From contig CAXGMD010000004.1 of NCBI GenBank assembly GCA_964010765.1, positions 1-64,000 of the forward strand: 64,000 nt of DNA, written 5' to 3'. This DNA comes from an uncultured bacterium. Lineage in GTDB: Bacteria > SAR324 > NAC60-12. Position numbers and translations under genes: made by a program. Below are positions 28,808 through 39,976 of this stretch, piece by piece; position 1 is the stretch's first letter; each line of letters begins with the position of its first letter. Under the pieces are notes generated by a model. That model was given only the letters and a program-made list of their open reading frames with translations, did not search any database and was not told the DNA's origin.

Positions 28808-30007
28808 TTGAGTTCTGGGATGATCCGTTCAAACTTATTACTAATTTTACTTTTAATGTTTTTTGCTGCAGGCCAGATGTCCTGTTCCTTTTTTAGTCAG
28901 AGTCTACAAATTGAGTTTGTGGTTGCCAAAACTCCAAAATTTGAACTCAATGAAGTAGATGCACTGGAAGTGGGTCCTTTCAAAGGTCAACCGCTAGTAA
29001 AAATATCGTTACCAGTGGAGGCAGAAGGTTCATCACATTTATCTCCTAGTGTTCTCTCCTTCGAAGCTGATCCATCAAGTGAACAAGTAGCTGAGCTTTT
29101 TCGATTACAAGTCATCAAAAATTTCTCTAAAAATTCCTCTCTGAGATTGTTGAATACTAGCGAAGACGTGAAAGGCTACGCTGGTGTCATTCCTGACCCA
29201 AATCGAGTGGCGGTCATCTCTGCATTGGTCCGTTACTCACAGATTCGAAAGGAAAGCAAAGAGTCTGTTCCCTATTTCGTAACAGTTTTCAATGAGGCCC
29301 TCCCGATTGAACAACAGCTTTTGGCCCGTGGCGCTGTCTTCGGTGCGGAAAGACTTGGCGGTGGGATTGAGGAGAATACCCCTTATGTTGAATTGATGGG
29401 GGCCCTTGAAGTTCGTATTAGTCTCAATCGTCAGAGCAGTGGAGCAGAACTTATTCCTCCTCAAACTTTACAGGCCTTTTATGTTCGGAAATGGGGTGGA
29501 AAAAGTGAAACGTCCCACTTGCCCGATAACGTGAGACTTTGGATTACTAAAAACTTTCAGGAGGATGAAAATCTGACTGAACGATTCTTAAGCGAAGCTG
29601 ACAAGACTAGGATGATTACGGAGAACTACGAGCAATACCTGGCACAGGGATACAACCTTAGGCGTGATAGCAGGGTCCCTCTATCCAATCTGGATCTGCA
29701 ATATCGGCTGACTGAACAAATTGCTAGGGAATATGTTTCCCAAGTTGTCCCCACTTTTAGAAAAGCTGACATGAGTATTGATGGCGATGGGGACGAAGTC
29801 GGCATTACCTTGCTTCAGGGAAATGCGTACGAGGAGGCAATCACTTACTTACAGGGACGCAAAGATCGTACAGCATCTGATGATTACAACTTAGGTTTGG
29901 CGTATGAAGCACTTGGAAAAAGACAACAGGCCAGAGCATTTTATGAGTCAGCGAATCGTCGGGACAGCGAAGACCTTTATGAGGAGGCATTGAATCGAGT
30001 CAAGTAG
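28808..30007 (+). CDS. Probable lipoprotein with C-terminal TPR (paralogue of upstream gene)
   Basis: Hydrophobic signal ending QMSC, C-terminal YNLGLAYEALG. Start may be 28820. Confidence 0.65.
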   Translation: MSSGMIRSNLLLILLLMFFAAGQMSCSFFSQSLQIEFVVAKTPKFELNEVDALEVGPFKGQPLVKISLPVEAEGSSHLSPSVLSFEADPSSEQVAELFRLQVIKNFSKNSSLRLLNTSEDVKGYAGVIPDPNRVAVISALVRYSQIRKESKESVPYFVTVFNEALPIEQQLLARGAVFGAERLGGGIEENTPYVELMGALEVRISLNRQSSGAELIPPQTLQAFYVRKWGGKSETSHLPDNVRLWITKNFQEDENLTERFLSEADKTRMITENYEQYLAQGYNLRRDSRVPLSNLDLQYRLTEQIAREYVSQVVPTFRKADMSIDGDGDEVGITLLQGNAYEEAITYLQGRKDRTASDDYNLGLAYEALGKRQQARAFYESANRRDSEDLYEEALNRVK

Positions 30008-30193
30008 TGCAATTCTTAAAAGACTTGCAAGTCCTGTGTGCTTTCTGAGAATCTTCCAAGGTTCAAGTGATGGTTATTCCACTTGTCTTCGGAACAAAAC
30101 CTAGAGTTTCATTCCAATACCTGCCTGCCTCACTGAATCAACACTGATTTAAAATCCACTCCAAAATCAAAGCTGAGTAGCTAGGGCCGAATT

Positions 30194-33100
30194 ATGCCTC
30201 GAAGAAACGATATCTCCTCCATCCTGCTGATTGGCTCCGGCCCTATCGTGATTGGTCAAGCCTGTGAGTTTGACTACAGTGGCACACAGGCCTGCAAAGC
30301 CCTCAAGGAAGAAGGATTTCGGGTGATCTTGGTCAACAGCAATCCGGCTACAATCATGACCGATCCCGGGCTTGTTGATGCAACTTACATTGAGCCAATC
30401 CGGTTGCCTGTCTTGGAGCGAATCATCTCGCAAGAACGCCCAGACGCCCTTTTGCCAACAATGGGTGGACAGACAGCTTTGAACATGGCTATGAAGTTGG
30501 ATGAAGCGGGAATTCTTAAAAAATACGAGGTGGAATTAATTGGTGCGGATATAGAGGCTATCCAAAAGGCGGAGAATCGCGAACTCTTCAGGGCTTCTAT
30601 GGAAAAACTTGGTATTCCAATGCCAATGAGTCGTGTTGTTCATTCTGTCGCAGAAGCTTTGGATGTTGCAGAGCAGATTGAGTATCCATTGATTATAAGA
30701 CCCTCTTTCACTCTAGGGGGAGAAGGTGGTGGAGTAGCAACTGATCAGGAGGAACTGATTCAGATTGCGACTAATGGATTGTCGGCCTCCCCTACGCAGG
30801 AAATTCTGGTTGAGCAGTCAATTCTCGGTTGGAAAGAATTCGAGATGGAGGTCATGAGAGACCATAGCGACAACTGCGTCATTATCTGCTCAATTGAAAA
30901 TTTTGATCCGATGGGTGTTCACACTGGGGATAGTATCACGGTTGCTCCTTCACAGACTCTCACTGATGTTGAATACCAGCAACTCCGTGACATGTCTTTT
31001 CAGATCATGCGTGAGATTGGAGTTGATACTGGCGGTTCAAATGTACAGTTTGCAGTCAATCCAAGAGATGGCCAGGTTATGGTCATTGAGATGAACCCTC
31101 GAGTATCCAGAAGTTCTGCACTTGCCTCCAAAGCGACAGGGTTCCCGATTGCCAAGATTGCTGCCAAACTGGCAGTGGGCTACACTTTGGACGAAATTCC
31201 CAATGATATCACCAAGAAAACTCCCGCTTCATTTGAACCATCTATCGACTATGTAGTGACAAAAATTCCACGCTTTACCTTCGAAAAATTCCCTCTTTCA
31301 GATCCGCGTTTGGGAACCCAAATGAAATCCGTTGGCGAAGCCATGGCAATTGGTAGTACCTTCCGGGAATCATTACAGAAAGCACTTCGATCTTTGGAAA
31401 CAGGCCATATTGGATTAGATCCACAAATTTATCCAAAAGATCGAGATCTTGATAAGGTATTTGAGGAAGAACTCTCACGCGTCACAAGCCAGCGCTTATG
31501 GTTTGTGGCCGATGCTCTGAGAGTTGGGTGGAATGTGGAGCGTCTACACCAAAAAACTTTCATTGACCCTTGGTTTCTAATGCAGATGCAGAGTTTGATT
31601 CAGGAAGAAATCAAAATAGCTCAGCAAAGCGTTGATCAAGTTACACGAACAGATTTACGGCGATGGAAGTCCTTGGGTTTTTCAGATGCCTTGCTGGCGA
31701 AAAAATTCCAAGTACCTGAAGCTGAGGTTGCTAAACTCAGAAGATCAATGGGATTGCGTCCCGTTTTCAAGATGGTAGACACTTGTGCGGCTGAATTTCC
31801 TTCGGAGACTCCGTATTTCTACTCTACCTATGCTCAGGAAAACGAATCCATCCCAACGGATCGGCCTAAGGTGTTGATTTTGGGAAGCGGCCCAAATCGG
31901 ATTGGCCAGGGTATCGAGTTTGATTACTGTTGTGTCCACGCTGCTCTGGCAGTTCGTGAATATGGATATGAAGCCATTATGTACAACTGTAATCCTGAAA
32001 CGGTGAGTACAGATTATGACACCTCAGATCGACTTTATTTTGAGCCCCTCACCTTCGAAGATGTCATGCATGTTATCGAACTCGAGAAGCCGATTGGGGT
32101 GATTGTGCAACTAGGGGGACAAACTCCATTAAAGCTGGCAAAGCCTTTACACGACGCAGGGGTAGAGTTACTAGGAACTGATTTTGAGAGCATTGACCGA
32201 GCAGAAAACCGTGAACTTTTTGCAGCAATGCTCAATAAGCTTGGACTGCAACAACCAGCCAATGGCACGGCCAGGTCGTTGGATGAAGCACGTGAAATAG
32301 CTGAACGTATCGGCTATCCAATTCTAGTTCGACCTTCATATGTGTTGGGTGGAAGAGCTATGGTCGTCGTAGAGAGTGAGGATCGTCTGGAAGAATTTTT
32401 TACTGAAGCCATCAAAGTTTCACCAGATCATCCGGTCTTGATTGACCAATTCCTGAGCAATGCAGTTGAAATTGACGTTGATCTTTTGGGAGATGGAGAG
32501 AAAGCAGAAGTCGCCGGTATTATGGAACACATTGAACGGGCAGGAATTCATTCCGGAGATAGTGCATGCTCATTTCCTCCATTTGGGCTTGAGCAAGATA
32601 TCTTGGAAGAACTTTGCATACAGGCGAAATCCATGGCTCAAGAACTTAAGGTTTGCGGGCTCATGAATGTTCAATTCGCAGTCAAAGAGAAAGATGTTTA
32701 CGTCATTGAGGTGAATCCACGTGCTTCTAGAACGGTTCCTTTTGTTAGCAAGGCAATTGGGGTTCCCCTTGCCAAGTATGCAACTAGATTGATGCTCGGA
32801 GAAAAGCTCTCTTCCCTTGGTTTTGAATATCATGCTCCCACAGAGTATGCGGTTAAGGAAACGGTCTTCCCATTCATGCGTTTTACAGGATCTGATACGA
32901 CTCTGGGCCCAGAAATGCTCTCAACTGGTGAGGTAATGGGCAGGGGAACTAACTTCGAGGAGGCGTTTTTAAAAGCACAAATGGCCGTTTTTGAGGACAG
33001 CTTAAACAGACCTTATGTGTTCATCGGGGTGATGGACGAAGATAAGCCCAAGATGGTAATCGTGGCTAAGATGCTAGAAGAAATGGGTTACGAGATCCTA

Positions 33101-33418
33101 TCCACTAGAGGAACCTTCCAAGTTTTAAAGGACCAAGGTGTGCAAAGAATCCAAATCACATCCATGGATGCTAGTGAGGAGGGGAATATCATCGAATACA
33201 TTCTGAGGAAAGAAGTCGCATTGCTAATCAACACGACTCGTCGCAGGAAAAGGACTGTTGGTGCTCGCCACATACGCCGACTTGTATTGGCATACAACCT
33301 TCCCTATTTCACAACTTCTGAAGCAGCAGTGCAATTCACAAAATCACTCCATCAGTTAAAATCTTTGGAGAATTTGAGCTATCAGCCTCTTCCATTTCCT
33401 GTGGCCAAGGGTGCCTAG
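30194..33418 (+). CDS. carB: Carbamoyl-phosphate synthase large subunit
   Basis: [57 protein letters not shown]. 1074 aa. Confidence 0.99.
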   Translation: MPRRNDISSILLIGSGPIVIGQACEFDYSGTQACKALKEEGFRVILVNSNPATIMTDPGLVDATYIEPIRLPVLERIISQERPDALLPTMGGQTALNMAMKLDEAGILKKYEVELIGADIEAIQKAENRELFRASMEKLGIPMPMSRVVHSVAEALDVAEQIEYPLIIRPSFTLGGEGGGVATDQEELIQIATNGLSASPTQEILVEQSILGWKEFEMEVMRDHSDNCVIICSIENFDPMGVHTGDSITVAPSQTLTDVEYQQLRDMSFQIMREIGVDTGGSNVQFAVNPRDGQVMVIEMNPRVSRSSALASKATGFPIAKIAAKLAVGYTLDEIPNDITKKTPASFEPSIDYVVTKIPRFTFEKFPLSDPRLGTQMKSVGEAMAIGSTFRESLQKALRSLETGHIGLDPQIYPKDRDLDKVFEEELSRVTSQRLWFVADALRVGWNVERLHQKTFIDPWFLMQMQSLIQEEIKIAQQSVDQVTRTDLRRWKSLGFSDALLAKKFQVPEAEVAKLRRSMGLRPVFKMVDTCAAEFPSETPYFYSTYAQENESIPTDRPKVLILGSGPNRIGQGIEFDYCCVHAALAVREYGYEAIMYNCNPETVSTDYDTSDRLYFEPLTFEDVMHVIELEKPIGVIVQLGGQTPLKLAKPLHDAGVELLGTDFESIDRAENRELFAAMLNKLGLQQPANGTARSLDEAREIAERIGYPILVRPSYVLGGRAMVVVESEDRLEEFFTEAIKVSPDHPVLIDQFLSNAVEIDVDLLGDGEKAEVAGIMEHIERAGIHSGDSACSFPPFGLEQDILEELCIQAKSMAQELKVCGLMNVQFAVKEKDVYVIEVNPRASRTVPFVSKAIGVPLAKYATRLMLGEKLSSLGFEYHAPTEYAVKETVFPFMRFTGSDTTLGPEMLSTGEVMGRGTNFEEAFLKAQMAVFEDSLNRPYVFIGVMDEDKPKMVIVAKMLEEMGYEILSTRGTFQVLKDQGVQRIQITSMDASEEGNIIEYILRKEVALLINTTRRRKRTVGARHIRRLVLAYNLPYFTTSEAAVQFTKSLHQLKSLENLSYQPLPFPVAKGA

Positions 33419-33421
33419 AAA

Positions 33422-34672
33422 TTATTCCTGCGTTTCGCCTTCACTTAGACCCATTCCCATTGAATTACAGGCTCTAAGGAGCCTAGCCTGCATAGGTGCA
33501 TAGGACTCGTCAACAGTCATAGCGGCGTCAGCAGCATCTTTCCCTGCTTGCAATAGCTTTTTCAATCCCTCCTTGTCAAGCCGCATGATTTGGCGGTTGA
33601 TGTAACCGTAGTAGGTGAGATTTGCAAACTCAGCTAGAGCAGGAAGATCCTGCTTTTTGGGCATGGATTGGGAAACAGTTTTCATTGATCTTCGGTACGC
33701 AACGACTGCGGCATTGAAAGCCGGAGCAACAAAAGGTCGAGCTTGATCGTCCCCGGCTTCCATGCGCATGATGTGATAACGCACCATCTGCTGATTGAGG
33801 CGACCAATCATTACCCATGGATAGGGGATTTTGTCTTCAATTTCCTTCATTTTTTCTGCGAGCGACAAGCCCGCGCTATTCATCATGGGAATGAGCTTAA
33901 TCATGTCAATAGAGTGCATGATTTTGGTGGTGACAATTCCCTGAACTTGTTCAACGTTGATGTCTGAGCCTTCTGAACCAAACATGCCACCACCACCACC
34001 CTTGCCTAGTGCCAAATCCAGTTCGTATTTACTGAGAGACACTCCCATTTTATTTTGAAGCGTGACATTGGCTTCACTAATTTTTTCTAGAAGACCTTCA
34101 CAAATTTTAATTTCCATCATCATTCCAGCTCGGTTTCCTACTCCCGAGTCTTCCATGTCATCTTCGTTTACCTCGATCCCACTGAGATTTACCCCTTTCA
34201 AGACACTGGATTGAATGGCCATCATCTTTTCTTTATGAATCTGGAGTATCCGTTCCAAGTAAAGCTTAAAGACCCTCAGAAGCATTTGTACCGCAGGGCC
34301 TGTTACCTCGCCCCAATAAAACGGCAAACAAGAATGGATCAGGAGAGCTCTTGCTACCTCCAATTGAGGTCTGCCTTCCATTTGCAGTGCACGTCCAACC
34401 AATTGCATTCGAATTGCTTGATTTTTTGGGTCTCCCGACAATTGAGAGACCAGTTTGTTGATCTCCTTGTCTCCACGTAGAAAAGCAATTTCGAGGATGT
34501 CGGTTCCTGTGGCCGGGGTAACCTCTCTCGTTTTTTTTCCAAGTCCTAATTTTGCAAAAAATCCCTTACCTTCCATTGCCAGGACTTCCTTAGCCAATTC
34601 TTCCAGTTCTTGTTGAAACTTGAGAAGGTTGACATTGGGAGTGTCTTTGTTCTCATTAGGTTGTTTTGCCAT
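33422..34672 (-). CDS. Hypothetical alpha-helical protein
   Basis: 416-aa ORF with an AGAAGG RBS. No family recognised. Confidence 0.75.
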   Translation of the reverse strand: MAKQPNENKDTPNVNLLKFQQELEELAKEVLAMEGKGFFAKLGLGKKTREVTPATGTDILEIAFLRGDKEINKLVSQLSGDPKNQAIRMQLVGRALQMEGRPQLEVARALLIHSCLPFYWGEVTGPAVQMLLRVFKLYLERILQIHKEKMMAIQSSVLKGVNLSGIEVNEDDMEDSGVGNRAGMMMEIKICEGLLEKISEANVTLQNKMGVSLSKYELDLALGKGGGGGMFGSEGSDINVEQVQGIVTTKIMHSIDMIKLIPMMNSAGLSLAEKMKEIEDKIPYPWVMIGRLNQQMVRYHIMRMEAGDDQARPFVAPAFNAAVVAYRRSMKTVSQSMPKKQDLPALAEFANLTYYGYINRQIMRLDKEGLKKLLQAGKDAADAAMTVDESYAPMQARLLRACNSMGMGLSEGETQE

Positions 34673-34763
34673 AAAACCTTCTTTGACAAAAATGAATCAA
34701 TATAATTTTTTGATACAGCAGACCCCGTCTGTGGGAATGGTATTAATTAAAACTCTGATAATA

Positions 34764-34790
34764 TAAAGTGTGTCATTATTGCACACTTTA
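34764..34790. promoter_or_regulatory. 9-bp inverted repeat, candidate operator in a divergent promoter region
   Basis: TAAAGTGTG-N9-CACACTTTA. Confidence 0.4.
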
Positions 34791-34898
34791 CAGAATTAAG
34801 AACCCTAAGAATTAATCATTGGAAGACTAGATTGACTAGGTTTGATCCATCACGTAAATTCTTTATATTCTATTTATTGCTGCTTGCCAAGAATTCCC

Positions 34899-35195
34899 AT
34901 GTCTTCGAATGATCTTCCTAACAAAGAACTCGGCCACACTATTGATTTTTTGAGCGATGTTCCCCAACGCTTGGTGGTAGAAATTTCTAGAAAACGCCTA
35001 GCTTTACGAGAAATTCTGAATTGGCGAAAGGAAACAGTGTTGTCATTTCCAAAATTGATTGGAGAACCTGTGGAAATTTTCATAGATAACCAAATCATCG
35101 CCAGAGGGGAGGTTGTTGTGATCAATGACCATTATGGTGTTCGTATTTCAGAAATTACCCATCCTACTGACAAACCAAGCCAGTCTCGGATCTGA
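34899..35195 (+). CDS. fliN: FliN/SpoA-domain C-ring protein
   Basis: DVP..L.VEI......L.EIL.....V.....GEPVEIF.....IARGEVVVIND.YGVRISEI. Confidence 0.8.
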   Translation: MSSNDLPNKELGHTIDFLSDVPQRLVVEISRKRLALREILNWRKETVLSFPKLIGEPVEIFIDNQIIARGEVVVINDHYGVRISEITHPTDKPSQSRI

Positions 35196-35295
35196 AAGAC
35201 TTTTCTGAATTCAGGCAATTGACCAAATTTGTGTATTTCTTGAATTACACTAAGAAATTAAATCCCATCCAACGCTGACTGTTCAAACTAAGCCT

Positions 35296-36582
35296 ATGCC
35301 ACTTCCCAAGCTTTTGAAATCCAGCTTTATTCTAATTACCTTCTATATTTTGATTGGATTTCCGAGTCTGCTGAATGCGCAGAATCCCTCAGATCCAACT
35401 GTAGAGTCTATTGTTCTATCCAAGAATTGCCCGATTCCGGATGGTCCGGATTTAGTCATCAAATCACCAGAAATTGTTCTCAAATCAGTTGACGATCCAT
35501 ATTGTCCTAAGATCAATGATATTCAATTAGTTCAGGTCACAGTCCATAACCCTGGTGAAGAAGTTCGCAGTGTGGGCCTTGAGGTTTTGTTGACGTTAGA
35601 CGGCAATCGATTGGATCAGTCCCAACGGCAAATCTTTACAATACCACCTTACGAAACTTCTCGAATGCTTCATGATGTGGTACTTGAGGCTCCTGGTCGC
35701 TATCGTGTGGCGGCAAGAATCTGGGACACAGAATTTGAAAAACCAATTGCGGAATCAGATCAGGGTGTCAACCGACAATTTTACATTGCCACCCCAGACG
35801 ATTTAGCCGCTGCTCAGGAACAGTTAGTCGTGATGGAGAGCAGTGGCAAAGCTCCAAGGCCTTCGCCACTTCAATTCGATCCACCCGATCTGCGCTGGGA
35901 GAGTGTCAGTGTATTGCCAGAACACCTACTACGTGGTGAGACGCTAAGGATGCGTCTGAACTTGGTGAATGTAGGTGGAGATGTTGTTCAAGATGTGCTT
36001 TGCAAGGTGGAATACTATAACGAAAGACAACCACGAAGACGAACTACTATTGCTAATCCCATTGCCGACGTAATTGCCCCCGGAGAGACCATAACCTTTG
36101 ATCTCGAATATATTCCTCCGACCGACCAATTACTAGGCGAATACAAAATTGCTGTGACAGTGGATCCTGACGATCAGTTGAAGGAGTTGAAGGAAGACAA
36201 CAACGCCATGGAGTCTGGCACTATCCGCCTTAGTGATATTCGATTGCTCCTCCCTTCGGATAGTTTTGTTTTCGATGAAAACGGATTATTTCTGTTTCAG
36301 TGGGACAGTTTAGTCTTTGCTGAATTCAAGATTCAGGTTGGGGTTGATGAAAAGTTTGAAGATCCTCGTCTTTATTTCGACCTGCCACAAGGAGATCGCT
36401 GGATAGCCGATAAAGAGTTGGTGCCACTGACAGGTGAATTGCCAGGAATGGCAATGGGGCTTATGCAAACAAGTCAGAAGAATAAGCTCTTTTGGCGTGT
36501 CATAGGTCGAAATATCAGTGGTCAGCAGGCTATTTCAGACGTTCAAAGCTTCACAATAAAACCTACCTCCGACGCGTCCTAG
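35296..36582 (+). CDS. Exported Ig-like (CARDB) domain protein
   Basis: Signal peptide. PDL...V.N.G and 'VDPDDQLKELKEDNN' CARDB signature. Confidence 0.7.
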   Translation: MPLPKLLKSSFILITFYILIGFPSLLNAQNPSDPTVESIVLSKNCPIPDGPDLVIKSPEIVLKSVDDPYCPKINDIQLVQVTVHNPGEEVRSVGLEVLLTLDGNRLDQSQRQIFTIPPYETSRMLHDVVLEAPGRYRVAARIWDTEFEKPIAESDQGVNRQFYIATPDDLAAAQEQLVVMESSGKAPRPSPLQFDPPDLRWESVSVLPEHLLRGETLRMRLNLVNVGGDVVQDVLCKVEYYNERQPRRRTTIANPIADVIAPGETITFDLEYIPPTDQLLGEYKIAVTVDPDDQLKELKEDNNAMESGTIRLSDIRLLLPSDSFVFDENGLFLFQWDSLVFAEFKIQVGVDEKFEDPRLYFDLPQGDRWIADKELVPLTGELPGMAMGLMQTSQKNKLFWRVIGRNISGQQAISDVQSFTIKPTSDAS

Positions 36583-36718
36583 ATTGGAAAGCCAGCCTAC
36601 CTGGCTGGTTCTAGTTACGTTGTTTTCCTCCCAAAGCCTTGCATTCCTTTTCCAAAGGCGTTACAAGCTTGTTTCCGCTGAGTTGGTCAGACAATAACCA
36701 CTTTTCAGGGAGGGATCC

Positions 36719-37150
36719 ATGTTGAGTGTCCGTCAAATGCTATCCGAAAAGGGCAGTGTAGTCGTCTCAATCACTCCAAATACCAGTGTGTTCGATGCAC
36801 TGAAGGTCATGAGTGAGAACAATATAGGTGCGGTTTTGGTGATGGAAGATGAAGAACTACTCGGAATTTTTTCTGAGCGTGATTATGCGCGCAAGGTGAT
36901 TCTGGTAGGCCGTTCTTCCAAAACGACAGAGGTTAAAGAATTGATGACCAGTAAGGTCTATTGCATTGATCCGTCACGAACCATTCAGGATGTGATGGAA
37001 TTGATGAACGACCATAGATTCCGTCACGTCCCAGTAATGGAGAACGAAAAAGTGATCGGTGTGTTGAGTTCAGGAGATGTGATGCGAGGTGTGGTTGCTG
37101 AACAGAAAAATACTATTGATAGTCTTGAGAGCTATCTTTTGAGGCAATAG
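36719..37150 (+). CDS. CBS-domain pair protein
   Basis: V.DALK.M...NIGAVLV, GIFSERDYARKV, RHVPV, GVLS.GD. Confidence 0.93.
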   Translation: MLSVRQMLSEKGSVVVSITPNTSVFDALKVMSENNIGAVLVMEDEELLGIFSERDYARKVILVGRSSKTTEVKELMTSKVYCIDPSRTIQDVMELMNDHRFRHVPVMENEKVIGVLSSGDVMRGVVAEQKNTIDSLESYLLRQ

Positions 37151-37158
37151 CGGATTGG

Positions 37159-38151
37159 TCACATACTTCGAGAAATATTCTCTTCTTGGGGTATGTGATA
37201 CTCGCTGTTGTAGAGAAAATAGGGAATTCCTCCCAACAGATACACTGCCAATTGTATGATGATGTACATATTGAAAATGTCTGCTCCACCAGATACCCCC
37301 ACTAACTGATACAGCGATTCAAATGCGACATGGCCAATTCCAATCCCACCAGGTGCAAGCGGAATAGCAGTTGTTATAAGTCCAATTGGCATTAGAAACA
37401 ATTGAGTTCCTAGTCCCATTTCAGTGTCAGTTAGTAAGTGAGCAATTTTCCAAAACAAGAACGCCACTAGACAGTGAATGAGAATCGCTATCAGTAATGT
37501 TGAAAGCAAAATCGGCTTCTGATTTTGGTAGCTTTTGAAAGCAAAATAAATTTTGGTTGTAAACTTTTTAGCGGGGAGTTTTTCAAAAAATTTCAGGAAG
37601 GGATCTTTACTATCTTGAAATGGCCAAACGACCAAAGTGTAAAAGCAAATTGTGGCTAAAAACAAAAAACCGATCAGCCAAATCAAACCATGGAGTCGTG
37701 GATTTTCAAGAAAGAAAGATAAGTTTACAAGCAGGGAAAAAAAGGAGATGACGATCAATCCAAATAAACCTACGAAACGATCAATCAGAAGAGTCATGAA
37801 GGCATGGGTTCGGCCTTCTTCAGCTTGGGCCTTTGTAATGTAATAGCCTTTTACAAGGTCACCAGAGACAGCTCCAGGAAGAGTACTGTTGAAGAAGTTA
37901 CCAATCCAAGTCAGTAGAAAGGTTCTGCGTGGAGAAACTTGAAGGCCAAGAGCTTTCAGTAGTAGCCACCACCGTAATGCTGCCAAAGGGACCACTAACA
38001 TGATGAGAACAGAGAGAATCAGCACTAACAAATCAGGAGAATCCTTCAGCAGCAATAATCGCTCTAAGTTCAAGCGATCACTGCTAATCAAGTAATAAAA
38101 AATTCCACCCACAAGAGCCAATTTCCCACCTGTAAAAACCACCTTCTTCAT
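37159..38151 (-). CDS. Lysylphosphatidylglycerol-synthase TM / UPF0104 flippase-like membrane protein
   Basis: RWWLLL, IGNFFN..LPGAVSGD.VK, DRFVGL, P.APGGIG. Multiple TM helices. Confidence 0.85.
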   Translation of the reverse strand: MKKVVFTGGKLALVGGIFYYLISSDRLNLERLLLLKDSPDLLVLILSVLIMLVVPLAALRWWLLLKALGLQVSPRRTFLLTWIGNFFNSTLPGAVSGDLVKGYYITKAQAEEGRTHAFMTLLIDRFVGLFGLIVISFFSLLVNLSFFLENPRLHGLIWLIGFLFLATICFYTLVVWPFQDSKDPFLKFFEKLPAKKFTTKIYFAFKSYQNQKPILLSTLLIAILIHCLVAFLFWKIAHLLTDTEMGLGTQLFLMPIGLITTAIPLAPGGIGIGHVAFESLYQLVGVSGGADIFNMYIIIQLAVYLLGGIPYFLYNSEYHIPQEENISRSM

Positions 38152-39221
38152 CAGTTCACTTTTGATAGAATCAGTTGATTCAACAACTTATCTCTCTCTT
38201 CTTTTGGTAACTGAGCGAGTTCTTCAACTTTCGTGTGAAAATCCTTCCAATTGCTTTCTGCGCTCTTAAACAACTCCTCGAAAGCAGGCACAAAATTATG
38301 GTAACGCTTGACGCCTAATAGATGTGAGTTGTTCAAATCCTGAGCAAACCATCGACTGTAATTCAATAACTTAAATTGGGATTGGTTTTGTTGATAGCGC
38401 TGTTTCAATTGTTCAAAAATCAATTGTTTCTGCAGTCGTTTCTTATCTTCATTTAATGAAGATCCATAAAGGTCGTTTAATTCTTTGATAGTTTCATCAA
38501 TCCAACTTCGAAATAATAAACGATCCTCGTAATTTTGTCGGATTTGTTCCATTTCATCCCCCAGATTACTTGCTCTGAGGTATTGCAATGTGCCTTCCTG
38601 CTCTACAAAGGTAGCGTAGGACTCATTGAAAGATGTGTCACCAGCAACATAAACCACCTGATGTGCCATCTCGTGTATGAGGGTTGCGATTAGCTCCCTG
38701 TCGGAACGCTGAAGAAAAGTACTAAGTACTGGATCTGAAAAATAATCGGGTAACCAACTCTGATTCAAATAACCCAATGTGGAATAAGCACTTGCGTAAG
38801 AAAGAGATACGTCAAAACCATTCTCTCTCAACTCATTTGCTAGTTGTTCAGCATCAGCAATGTCAAAATATCCACGATAGCCTTGGCAGCCAATGATGAG
38901 ATAGCACCATTGTTTTGGGTGTAATGAAAAGGGCGGTGCAGCAGAGACGAGGACACTTACATAGGAATTTGGCAACTCCACGTAACTTTTGTAGCCGTTG
39001 CCGGAAGGTAGATTTAATTCAGTGGAGGCGAAGCTGCGAACTTCGGAAAGAAGCTGAAACTTTTTTTTGAGTTCCGGGTCAGTTGTGTTATCTAGCAACA
39101 GACTCTGGATTTCCTGCTTACCTTGAAGCAGGTCAAGATGGCCTCGTGTGGCTTGCCAGTAGTAGCTCAGTTCACATCCAGCCAGTAGTAGGCAACAAAA
39201 GAAAATTAGCGGGATTTTCAT
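38151..39221 (-). CDS. Putative zinc aminopeptidase lipoprotein
   Basis: Lipobox LAGC, YYWQA..G.., YRGYF, AYSTLG, HEMAHQ, FNESYA. Confidence 0.85.
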   Translation of the reverse strand: MKIPLIFFCCLLLAGCELSYYWQATRGHLDLLQGKQEIQSLLLDNTTDPELKKKFQLLSEVRSFASTELNLPSGNGYKSYVELPNSYVSVLVSAAPPFSLHPKQWCYLIIGCQGYRGYFDIADAEQLANELRENGFDVSLSYASAYSTLGYLNQSWLPDYFSDPVLSTFLQRSDRELIATLIHEMAHQVVYVAGDTSFNESYATFVEQEGTLQYLRASNLGDEMEQIRQNYEDRLLFRSWIDETIKELNDLYGSSLNEDKKRLQKQLIFEQLKQRYQQNQSQFKLLNYSRWFAQDLNNSHLLGVKRYHNFVPAFEELFKSAESNWKDFHTKVEELAQLPKEERDKLLNQLILSKVN

Positions 39222-39235
39222 GTCAAGGAGAGAAA

Positions 39236-39976
39236 TCAGGCGTCGACAGCAGTCTCCTCTTCACTTAGTGGCATGTAAAGAATGCGGTTGCAGTGAGGGC
39301 AGTTTCGATAATTATCTGGTTCTGTTAGAAATTCGTTTACAAATTGAGGTTGAAGTCGAATGTTACACCCCCCACAAGTTTTATCCACGACTGGAGTGAT
39401 CGGACGATGTAGTCCATTTTTCTGGCAACGTTTGTAAAATTGCTGAATAGGCCTGGGTGCACTTTCAAAAGATTTTTGGAAATAATTTTCTAATTCTTGT
39501 ATCGCAAGAATAGTTTGCTTTTGAGATAGAATCGTTTGTTCTAGGGCTTCTTCTGCTTCCTGTTTCCCTTTCTCCAATTCAGCTTTCTGCTCAGCCATTT
39601 TAGGATCTAAATCTTCTAATTTGATCGCAACTTCTAACAAGTTTTCTTCTAGCATTGAGCGATGCTTGCGAGATAACTCCAGTTGCTTTTTACTGGCTTC
39701 AAATTCTTTTTCGTTCCGGATTCTTGGAACATGCTTTTCGAGTTTTTCGATGAGAATGCGTTGCTCTTCGAGTTCATTTTCCATTTGCTGCTGTTGGTTG
39801 ATCAACGTGGTCTTCTCTGCCTGAAGGTTTTGAAAAACCATTTCGACAGGAGCAACTAGCTCATTGACATCAGCAATTTCTTTTTCGAAGCGTCTCAACT
39901 GTTGTTTAAGAGCAAAACCCTGCTGTTCGGTTTCAGCAATGGCGATGAGGGTAGAGCGAAGATGCTGAGACATCAT
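39236..39976 (-). CDS. Coiled-coil protein with C4 zinc ribbon (CT398/HP0958-like)
   Basis: Long coiled coil with 'RNEKEF.A', then CGGC...CPHCNRILY. AAGGAG RBS before ATG 39976. Confidence 0.85.
   Translation of the reverse strand: MMSQHLRSTLIAIAETEQQGFALKQQLRRFEKEIADVNELVAPVEMVFQNLQAEKTTLINQQQQMENELEEQRILIEKLEKHVPRIRNEKEFEASKKQLELSRKHRSMLEENLLEVAIKLEDLDPKMAEQKAELEKGKQEAEEALEQTILSQKQTILAIQELENYFQKSFESAPRPIQQFYKRCQKNGLHRPITPVVDKTCGGCNIRLQPQFVNEFLTEPDNYRNCPHCNRILYMPLSEEETAVDA

Noticed and set aside
34683..34706. Perfect TTGACA and TATAAT hexamers
   Set aside because: The spacer is only 12 nt, too short for a sigma70 promoter.
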